Positions 53,342 through 64,000 of a DNA stretch of 64,000 nucleotides are shown piece after piece. The notes under the pieces are model-generated. The model had not been told where the DNA came from. It worked only from the letters and a program-made list of their open reading frames with translations, and made no database searches. The stretch spans positions 128,154,001 to 128,218,000 of the forward strand of contig NC_042997.1 of NCBI RefSeq assembly GCF_006345805.1. Direction: 5' to 3'. This DNA comes from Octopus sinensis (Eukaryota). The stretch's first letter is position 1, and the number at the start of each line of letters is the position of its first letter. Position numbers and translations under genes: made by a program.

Positions 53342-54889
53342 ATAGATATGAATCTCTAAATGTAGGAGCATGCTTTTATTTTTATCTTTGTTCGATTCAA
53401 TCATTGTATCGCGGCCATACTGCAGCACAACCTTGATGTCTAGTTCTATATCATTTATTTTTCTCGAACTGCTAAGTTTGGGATACATACACAAAACAAC
53501 ACCTATAATCATTTCGTCACACACACACGCATGCGCGCACAAATTAAGTATTTCAGTGCATAATCGATTTTTCTACGTGGGCTATCACGCAGTGCTTAAG
53601 AAAAGAACACCGCAAAATATTGTATTTAGAACTGTATTATGTAAAATATTGTATCCCGCATTCTAACTAATATGGAAACTGGCCTTATAACACAAACAAC
53701 GAGTGAAGCTTAAACCCACGTGAGAGCCATTACATTGAAATTCAAAACAGAAGCTTAATCTTTGGAATGGATCTATTCTATCAGGGCTGACCTGGGGTTG
53801 CATAACAGCAGCAATAACAACAGGTAATGACAATGTAACATAACTGTGTCCTCTCACCAAATCAGTTGGAAGTATTGATTAATTCTCCATAAGCATAGAA
53901 ATATCCACGGTAATATATAACGTTAGAATTACACGTTCTATGCTGCACGTTCATTTTTCTAAGCATTTATAATGTTATGACAGCTGACACCTCCCACTTT
54001 ATTTAGAGGATAGAAATTATCAAACATTGTTGCCAGCAGTATGGAACAAACAAATACAAAGACCCGGTTTTCGGTAATGAGTTAGTGCAAATAATAATAG
54101 TTTCGCTCGCTGGAACAAGGCCAAAGAAATTAGAAGGGAACGGCTACACTTGATTGAATCAAGATTGGTACAAGATTGGTACTTATTTTATTGATTACGA
54201 AAGGTATGAATACAGTGTCATTCGGAGTTATACAGCGTATATGACACGATGAAAAGCAGTCGAGAGATGAACAATAATAGGTTGAAAGCAACATCTGCAA
54301 CAAAATAAGAGGGCAACAGGCTTCCATACTTCACTGGATTTTCAATGTATGTGTGGAGGGTGTTTATATGTGCGACGTATGTGTTGTGCGTGTGTACGCG
54401 CGCATGTCTGTCTCAGGAGAGAAAGTGAGTGAAAAAAATTAAGTAGGGTATATACGAGAGACAGCTGAAGGTGAAAGAAAGAGTGGGAGCAGAATGAAGC
54501 AAATATGATGGAGAAGAGAATACTAGGCAGACGACACACTGTAAAATGTGACCAATTCAAAGTGCAGATATCACACACGTGACCAACAGACAGGATAACA
54601 AAATAACGCAGTTATGTTTGTCTGTTTATATTTTTATTGTATTCCATAGACTCACACCATTTTAATATTAGATAAGGAATGAATTCGACAAAAATTTGGG
54701 GGACAGAAAAAGTAAATAATATTGAAACGATGTTGAGTGGAACACGTAATAGCTTCATAAATCAAGTTACAGGAAAAAAGTATTTGACGACCAATTTAAG
54801 AGTGAACAAATAATAGAATTTGTATTTCTAAAATGAAGTGGGGCTGTGAACACGTTCCCAGATGCCATATTTGTGTGGTTGATATATGC

Positions 54890-54952
<63 letters not shown>

Positions 54953-55084
54953 TGTGTAGCATTTCTTTATATATTTTTACTTGGTGCAAATTTTTTTCTA
55001 TGTATTCAAGTTTTGGGGGAGAGGGGGCTGGCTTTCGGTAAGTTCACATTTTTAGGCCTTGGCATACAAAGATAAATGAAATAT

Positions 55085-55215
55085 GAAAGAAGAAGAAGAA
55101 GAAGAAGAAGAAGAAGAAGAAGAAGAAGAAGAAGAAGAAGAAGAAGAAGAAGAAGAAGAAGAAGAACAACAACAACAACAACAACAAGCACAACAACAAT
55201 AACGGCAACGGCAAC
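55085..55215. repeat. (GAA)n(CAA)n microsatellite
   Basis: Directly visible. Confidence 0.95.
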
Positions 55216-56789
55216 GAGGACGATAGGAAGGGGGCGGATAAGATAATTGAAAACAAATTATTTGTCTAGGGAACATTATAAGTAGAATAGTTTGTCCCAG
55301 AATAATTTAACAAAATGAACTAACGAATATATATATATATATATATATATACACACGTATGCGAGTTCACATATGTGCTGTACGTATGTTAAGTCAAAGG
55401 GTAATAATCTGAACACAGTGCGCAAAAACTTTTAATTTAAATTTTGCCTTAGTTGAAGGAAGAGAAATATACATTTGTATATACATGTGTATATGTGTGG
55501 ACACATGTCTGCCATACGCATATACGCACACGCACAAACACTCATACACACACCCATACACAAACACTTGTCAAAATGCCGCCCCCTATCACTTTTGTCC
55601 AATGACTTCTTTCCAGTGACATATTCTTACGACTCTCTTTCTGCAACTTTGTTTTTCCTATGACGTTTTTCTAGGGACTTTTTTCCCTTGGAATAATTTC
55701 ATTTTGTTATATTTGTTTCGTTATGATATTGCTGTTCTTTTTAGTTCCTTGTCTACATTGAGTGCGCAGACCTTTCATGAAAAGCCATCCACTCATGATC
55801 AACCCATTGTCTTTTTCGTCTATCTAAAGCAGTATTAGATGTGATCGAACCCCAGACATTGGTGCGTGATTGAAAAGAAATTTAGTCGCTATTTCTAGCG
55901 AAATGCATGACCATGTAGAAAGCTTCTTGGTGGTTCGTCGTTGTGTAAGAGATATGCGGGTGTAGCCTGTGAGCAAATGATTTTATGCAAATGAATTTAT
56001 GCGAAGTGATATGTGGGTGGTCTCTGTATGCAAATAAATAGCAAAATGCGCTATTTTGTGTTTTGGTAGATTATTAAGGTTTGTTCGGGAAAGATCTGCC
56101 AGTCCAGACAGGCCTGACGTAATTTATAACAAGTTTACTGGATGTGGTCCATAATGAATATAATGGAATTTAAATGAATCCATAACGGTTTCTTTGTAGT
56201 CATACATTGTTTCTTTTTATTGACCAAGTGTAATGATTGTGAGTTATCCAACTACGTTTGTGAATGTTGTAGAGGTGCTGTATGTAATTCAAAGTATTTG
56301 TCGTGTGTGTATGCAGTGTTATAATGTCTGTTGGATGTGATGGGTGGCTATAGCAGATGCTATCTGGTATTGCTGGTAGAAAGTGAAGACAATGCTGTAG
56401 GCAAGTGCTACTTTTAGTGTTTGTAGATGCGTTTTCTAAATGATTCATGAAAGGAGTAATATTTAGAAATATGACTGATGACAAAGCGGATGGGTACGAT
56501 TGAGAACTGAGATGTCAAGTATATACCAGTTACTAGTATCTGTTTGCTCTTTGTGAGTGTATGTCGTGTAGATATAATTGAATAGAGTTAAAGGACGGAT
56601 CCTTGTATATAACGCTTGAAAAATTGGATCTTTTCTTTTTGAAAGCCAGATTTTAAAGATTTTTCTAGTTAACTAAATAATTTGAAACTTCGTATACTGG
56701 TAGAATGTGTCAAAAGAAAACAATAATTTCAAGGTGTGTGTGTGTGTGTGTGTGTGCTTGACGACCTAAGAGATAGTTTCCTAACTGAA

Positions 56790-57220
56790 GTTGTGTATGT
56801 CGTCTCTTTCTTCCAAAAGGCGGCATTAAATATATAATTTATCCGTGGGTAACGAGGAAAGGAGATGAAGACATTAATGGTGTCTGTAGAGTTAAAACAG
56901 TGTGCGTAGAAAGGCTTAATTGAAGAAACCGCTTCATATTTTTCACTCGGTTTCTGAGTAGCGTAATGTTTCAGTTTGTGAATCCATGTTACCAGCCGTA
57001 AAGATGAATGTGTGGGTTAGTGATGTCACGCCGGAGTACTTTCTAGGAAGTGTGAAACTGTTCGAAAGGGAGGGATGGGCCGGGAAGTTGCTGCTGCCAA
57101 CAAAAGGCCTGTAAATTGCGTTTCTCCGTAGTAGATTAAGCTTGTGCAGAGAGTAATACATTATCTTCCCCAAGAATAATAACCTTGAACTGGTGTAATT
57201 ATTACCACGAGACAGACATA
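56790..57220 (-). mobile_element. Possible Penelope-like GIY-YIG remnant
   Basis: CITLCTSLIYYGET...VSHF resembles the PLE CxxC..YIGET..V..HF pattern. Highly eroded. Confidence 0.3.
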
Positions 57221-57719
57221 ATGAATGCATACATATGCTTCCGGCAGAAGTGGAATATCTTGAAGACAAGGGTCCAGGAAACGGTAATGCTGCAACTTTC
57301 GAAGAAAAAGGAGTGTATTTAACATGATACCGACACTAGAGAATCCAGGCGTCGGGGAAAATAATGAGATATATTGCAACGTTCGCGGTAGGGATGGTGA
57401 AGGAGCTGTGCGGTGACGGGGAAAGTGGGGAATTAATGGACAAAGGAAAGAGGAAAAAATAACGAGAAGAGAAATAAGAATACAGACCATAGTCGGTGGC
57501 GAAGAATGGTGAAAAGCAACACCAACTCAGTATTGAAACTAAATATTAAATATGTCCATATACATCCATCCATGCATATATACATACAAACACACGCATA
57601 CACGCACTCATATACATATATATGTACATAAGCAAACACACACACATACACACATATATATATATACCAATATAGACAGATGTGTGTGAGAGTATGCGTG
57701 CGTATGCGAGAGAAGGCAA

Positions 57720-57806
<87 letters not shown>

Positions 57807-58680
57807 AGAGAAGAGAGAGAGGATTAGTAGAGAGAAGACAGAGAGAGAGGTAAATTGTAGTGTAAAAAAAATCCTTTGTTGAATTCAGATAACATGCAGT
57901 TGTTAAATGGTGAATACAAACAATCTATTATCTATACACATTGATCTTCGGTTTTTCGGCCAGTTAAGATCACAACATACTTGTTATAGTAACAAGTATG
58001 TAGCGATCGGTGAAGTAGTTATATTATTGATCAGATCTCAGCCCAGTGTGTTATGGTGTTTGTCTTCAAACAAGGTTCAATGTGTCTCTGTGTTACTTTA
58101 GTAGTATTTCTTTTTGATATATCAGTTTTTAAATAGCTCACGCTCTCTCTTTTTCTTTCTCTCTCTTCTCACTCTCTCCTTCTTCTCTTTTTTTCTTTCA
58201 ATATATTTATATCTATCTTCACCACTCTCTCACTTTCTCTCTTTCTATCTATCTCTTACATTTCTTACACATAATTGCATGTTTTAACCAGCATGGCTAA
58301 GGTCTATATTCTTTTATTCTTTTCATTCATAGGACTGATGGCACCGCCTCCAATGCTTTTTCACCAGATTATATCGACATCAATACTTTGACCGTGCTTA
58401 TTTTAAGAACCTTGTAAATAGAGGTAGGCTAAGTCATCTTTGCCGTAAAGGGACGTAACCAGGTGGGAGTAGAACAACTGGAGGTATTTAATACTCGAGA
58501 TTTTTTTGTTTACTTTTTATTTCTATAAGAATACACGACGAAGACATGTATAGTGTACAAAATTTCTCTTACAAATGCATTGATCGATCCGAACATATAG
58601 AAGGAGACACTTGCTCAAGACGCTATATACTGTGAGATCGATCCGGTAACTGTTTAACCTGGCAGCCATAACTGTACACA

Positions 58681-58716
<36 letters not shown>

Positions 58717-59025
58717 CACACACGCACACACGATAACAATTTAGCTCAGCTTTACATTACTTAAAGTTTCGTGAGCGTAGAACACGTCCACATCACCAGA
58801 TGTTCGAGGACACAATAGAGAGAATTTTCTGTTTTTTTTTTTTTTAATTTGTAAAATTTTCTCGATTCTGTCTCCGAACGTTTAATGTACTGCACTTGAA
58901 CTAAAGCAGAAGTGAGTAAAATTGATATTAAATATATGTAACTACAAAGAAATTTGGTGACTGCCACATTCTTTTGTTTTCTTCGCTCACTCGCGGGCGT
59001 GTACATATATACATACATACATACA

Positions 59026-59057
<32 letters not shown>

Positions 59058-59124
59058 GATGTAGATATGTGTGTATATATGAATACATATATATGTATGT
59101 ATGTACGTATGTATGAACTTGTAA

Positions 59125-59172
<48 letters not shown>

Positions 59173-59532
59173 ATATATTATATATATAATATATGTATGT
59201 AAATATATATATATATATATATATATACATATTACATACATACATACGTACGTACATATATACATACATACATACATACATACATACGTACGTATGCACT
59301 TGTAACTGTCTCTCTATACCTATGTATATATATGTATATATATACATACATACATACATACATACATACATACATACATACATACATACATACATACATA
59401 CATACATGCATACATACATATTTACATACATACATACATACGTGTGTGTGTGTGTTTTATTATTAATGACTTACAAGACCAGTTCCGTTTCTTTATATTT
59501 TTCCAAGCACATTTACATAATGAGACATTTCT

Positions 59533-59690
59533 GCATGGCCAAGTGATTAGGCAATTAGGCTTTCGACCATTAACTCATGGTTCATAAGGCTCACTTCTCA
59601 GTCCGTGAGTTTCATTGTGTTCTTGGGCAAGGTACTTTACTTCACATTACTCCAGTTCACTCAGCTAGTAAAAATGAGTATTAACGCGGA
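59533..59690 (+). mobile_element. Degenerate CORE/Meta-like SINE
   Basis: TTGTGTTCTTGGGCAAGGTACTTTACTTCACATTACTCCAGTTCACTCAGCT core. Confidence 0.75.
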
Positions 59691-60293
59691 CAGAGCATCC
59701 AACCAGCATCAAATTGGCACGGCAACGTCAACAAATCATTGCTATGACCGGAAACCTTCAGGTATGCAAAGGGATGCGTACAGCGCAGTCTTATCTTTGT
59801 CCTTTTCTCTTAGCATTTACGTAATATTACGAAATTAACAACCAGATAAAATCAACTATAGCACCAACACTTCATGGATTATGAGTAAATACGCATGCAG
59901 AATCATTTGCTTTTGTTTAATAAATGAATATTTAGTCTCATAATAAAATTATATCCAGTTGTTAGGCAACAGTACTTTCGGTAAATTAAAATGAAGATAA
60001 CGGTAACTTGTTTCGTTTTAGTCACGAATCTTTAGGATTTGCTTGTGTGCGCAGACATGACTGAATTATAAAGAATTACTAGATTATTGTAAACGCTTAC
60101 TGGAGTACGACTACAGCATAGGTTAAGAATAATAAATATGAATATACGGAGTTAGATTCACAAGCACACTCTTCTGGGTTCGATCACACTGCTCAGCAAC
60201 GTATATAATCAGAATAGCAGAGAGAATTAAGGAAACCGTGTGAAATACTGTGAAGAGTAGATGGGATAGAAAGGTAAGAAAGATAGAAAGTTA

Positions 60294-60760
60294 GGCGCGG
60301 GAGAGGCTGTGTGGTAAGAAGCTTGCTTACCAACCACATAGTTCCGGGATCAGTCCCACTGCGTGGCACCTTGGGCAGGTGTCTTCTACTATAGCCTCGG
60401 GTCGACCAAAGCCTTGTGAGCGGATTTGGTAGACGGAAACTGAAAGAAGACCGTCGTATATATGTATATATGTGTGTGTGTTGTGTGTGTGTATATGTGT
60501 GGTGTGTGTGTGTGTGTGTGTGCGTGTGTGTGTGTGTGTATCTTTGTGTGTCTGTGTTTGTCCCCACAACACCGATTGACAACCGTGCGGGTGTATTTAC
60601 GCCGCCAAACCTAGCGGTTCGGCAAAACTGACCGATAGAATAAGTACTAGGCTTACAAAGAATAAGTCCTCGGATCGATTTTTTCGACTAAAGACGGTGC
60701 TGCAGCATGGCCGCAGTCAAATGACTGAAACAAGTAAAAGAATAAAAGAATGAAAGAATA
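60294..60760 (+). mobile_element. Composite SINE: tRNA/CORE-like head, internal (GT)n, Nin-like tail
   Basis: GGCGCGGGAGAGGCTGTGTGGTAAG...GCACCTTGGGCAGGTGTCTTC; (GT)n at about 60460-60550; TTGACAACCG...AATAAGTACTAGG...GGCCGCAGTCAAATGACTGAAAC. Confidence 0.85.
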
Positions 60761-60797
60761 TGTGTGTGTGTGTGTATATATGTATGTATGTATGTAG

Positions 60798-60828
<31 letters not shown>

Positions 60829-61067
60829 GTATGTATGTATGTATGTATGTATGTATGTATGTATGTATGTATGTACGTATGTATATTTCTGTTGTTGTAA
60901 CAGCAACTACGTTCGTAAAAAATATCATCGTGTTTGTTTCGTGCAATACAAATTTTCGACGCTTCTAGTAATAAAAGAAAAACATATTTGCTTGTTTACA
61001 TTTATACACATTGTTGTTCTATAATGCTAAACTATTTAACGTCTAATTCGGTGGGGGGGGGGTAGCA

Positions 61068-61296
61068 GGCAGTTTAGCTTAGTGGTAAAGGAGTCTCTGA
61101 GGGATATGAGTTCGAGTCCCAAGGGCTGGTTGTTGACAATTTTTTTCCGCTCGGTAAGAGTAATTTATCCAGTATTTCTGCCTTTCTAACAGCAACTCTG
61201 CGTCCGAAAAATATCATCTTCTTGTCTGTATCATACAATGCATATTTCGACATTTATAATAATAAAGAGAAAAAAAGATATTTGTATGTTTACGTT

Positions 61297-61305
<9 letters not shown>
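61068..61305 (+). mobile_element. tRNA-like SINE of a further family
   Basis: A box TAGCTTAGTGG and B box GAGTTCGAGTCC with no anticodon arm. Tail AACAGCAACT..AAAATATCATC also present at 60897-61010. Confidence 0.55.
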
Positions 61306-61387
<82 letters not shown>

Positions 61388-61408
61388 ACACAACACACAC
61401 CACCATAC

Positions 61409-61485
<77 letters not shown>

Positions 61486-61489
61486 GAAC

Positions 61490-61765
61490 AGCCATGGGGT
61501 TGCACCTAGAAAGTTCTTCTCCGGGAGAAGACTAGCAGTCACCCATACACACCAACCTCTCCTCTCCACGCCACCGATGTGAAAGGCGAAGGCTAGTACG
61601 GCTTGCACCAGTAACGTCGCAACTCATTTCTACAGCTGAGTTAACTGCAGCAACACGAAATAAATTGTCTTGCTCAAGAGCTCAACACAAAGCCACCTCT
61701 AGGAATCGAACTCACTACCTCATGATTCTGAACCCGACGCTCTGACCACTGAGCCATGCATCTTG
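61490..61765 (-). mobile_element. CORE/Meta-like SINE
   Basis: Same family as 5865-6211 and 41624-41969. Confidence 0.85.
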
Positions 61766-61802
61766 ATACACACACGCACACACACACACACATATATATA
61801 TA

Positions 61803-61849
<47 letters not shown>

Positions 61850-62364
61850 TGTTCACGTTTTGTTAATACACAGAAACATCTAAGTATACACGTATATGCC
61901 AACTCAGTCACATACGAATGTATGTATGTATGTATGTATGTATGTATGTATGTATCTATGTATGTATGTATGTATGTATGTATGTATGTATGTATGTATG
62001 TTCCGTTAATTGAATACTGCTGGACACGGCTGTAGGAAGGTATACTGGACATAAAAAGGTCGAAACGATGGTCATCTCTAGTAGACAGTCAATAGAGATT
62101 GTCTGGAAGCGTGTGATTTGCGTTGATAACAAAAACTGTAACAACGACACCATCAAAAGAATGCTTAGTCACATAGGCAAAAGACCACACATCTTAGGAT
62201 GGCGAAGAAAATTAAACCGACCTCTTTATATGACTGGTATTCGTTATCATTGCCCTGGGAGCGATGAAAAGTAAAGTTGACCATTGCAAATATTTGGACA
62301 GAGAAAAAGAAATAGATGAATGAAGCACAATACATTAGATGTAGGCAGCAATCAAACAGGTTGC

Positions 62365-62400
<36 letters not shown>

Positions 62401-62585
62401 GCTTTCACTTTCACTTTCACTTTCCTCTTTTTTTCTCTTTCTCTCTCTTTCTTTCCACTTATATCAGTGTGAGAATGCATGTCTGTGTGAGTGTATGCAT
62501 ATCTGTATGTGTGGTTGCGTGTGTCTAGGTATGTGGTGTGTCTAGGTGTGTATGTATATGTGTGTGAATGTGTGTGCTTATGCGT

Positions 62586-62745
62586 ATAGGCGAACAGGAA
62601 AAGTCGTTAAAATGTTGTATAGAATACATTGAGATTCATTCCGACACAAAGCGGTTCGAGTTCGATTCTCGACGAGGTTAACTTTATTTTTTATCCACTC
62701 GAGTTCGATAGATATAGTACTCGTACGGTACCGGAAACGATCTCT
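62586..62745 (+). mobile_element. Old Nin/Deu-domain SINE
   Basis: GAGTTCGATTCTCGACGAGGTTAACTTT..TTATCC..GAGTTCGATAG..AGTAC, a diverged family core. Confidence 0.55.
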
Positions 62746-62818
62746 CTCCTCCCCCCCCCTCTCGCTCTCACGCTTTTTCTCTCTCCCATTCCCTCTTTCT
62801 CTCTTTTTCTTTCTTTCC

Positions 62819-62872
<54 letters not shown>

Positions 62873-63370
62873 CTCACACACACACAAACACACAAACGCT
62901 CACGCACTCGCTTTTTCTTGCATTGTCTCTCTCCACATGTCTTTCTTTCAAGAAGCAATCTGCTGTGGTCAAACGTGAAGAATGTTCTCTGCCGGATGTA
63001 CGTAACTTGACGGCCGGAAATTTGTGACCAGAGTAGCGAAAATCATGGGTTATGAATGAATGCGTATACGGACGACATAAACAGTAAACTCAATTCACAT
63101 ATTTTAGTCTTGTGTAAGTAGACTTCGTGAGTAAACTTCGTTGGCTTCGGCAGTTTGAATCGATGATCGAACTGACGAATTCAATCAAAGCGTGTATGAT
63201 ACTTTTAGTGAGTTAGAAACTGAAGAAAAGATTCCTAGAACAGCTTCAGTTACCATTTATTGAAAGAGAAGAGTTTTTGCCATTATTTGAGTTTCATGGT
63301 CTGCGATCTTTCAGAGTAGTGACCAAAGCATTAGATTATGCATAGATGTTCGCGCATTCACACACACGCG

Positions 63371-63434
<64 letters not shown>

Positions 63435-64000
63435 GTCATCATCATCATCATCATTTTTTGCTTTCCATATTACATTTGCTTTCCATATTACGTTTGCTTT
63501 CCATATTAACTTGGGGTTGGTGTGTGCGTGTGTTTGTGTGCATGTGAATCTGTGTGCAGATATAGAACTTCTGGAGACTTTGTCTTGCAGTACAAATCAC
63601 ATGTAAGCTCTCACTTTAAACACTTGGTTGTGACTCCCTATGTGCCTCTCTTGGGCTAGCACCACTTTGCATGAGGTCGGGACACATTCCACTGTTGGTT
63701 TACCTAGGTAGAGTGGGTATGCAGAGTTATCTAGGTTTCCCCCACTTTATCAGGTTTGTTTCAAGGACGGGGGTCATATACAAAAATCCATACTGATAAA
63801 CGTCTACCGAAAAGATACCACTGTCTGAGGAATCTCCAGAATAACGACATGAAACTCAGGATAATGCAATGCTGAAATCTAAAACTAGGACTATAAATAT
63901 AAATATTTACTCTACAGAAGCATTGCGTTCTCTTCTTACATTGTTCATAGCATTGCCGTGGACGTTATAAAGACTTATAAACACATTACTTCCTACACAC

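Noticed and set aside
58760-58930. Possible minus-strand exon
   Set aside because: Contains a long A homopolymer, and the translation resembles nothing I recognise.
63820-63870. CTGAGGA...GAAAC hammerhead-like spacing
   Set aside because: Both boxes are present but stems I-III do not pair.

Overview
Eukaryotic, AT-rich, repeat-saturated window with no host-gene exon I can recognise; probably intronic or intergenic. The tRNA-derived SINE families, R4/Dong, Penelope and Chapaev3 remnants and dense microsatellites suggest a coleoid cephalopod such as Octopus (inference from recalled repeat families, no search run). Most ORFs in the supplied track are translated microsatellites. Real coding remnants are all transposon-derived: hAT/Buster, Tigger/pogo, Tc1/mariner, a full-length Chapaev3 element (CAC...GTG ends, TTA target duplication), a possible Helitron N-terminus, a Penelope-like RT plus GIY-YIG, several R4/Dong-type LINE pieces and two Gypsy lineages. 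Most interesting: (1) a Nin/Deu-domain SINE inserted as dimers and a hexamer, each multimer inside one target-site duplication (TSD), with the same two internal junctions at separate loci; (2) a shared AATAT(T) start to SINE TSDs; (3) one Gypsy element apparently split in two by a ~7.7 kb inversion; (4) an old R4 LINE carrying a stack of nested insertions; (5) a ~790 bp x2.5 tandem with Penelope-tail character, hammerhead-like remnants and a ~320 bp hairpin. Boundaries of degenerate elements are approximate.
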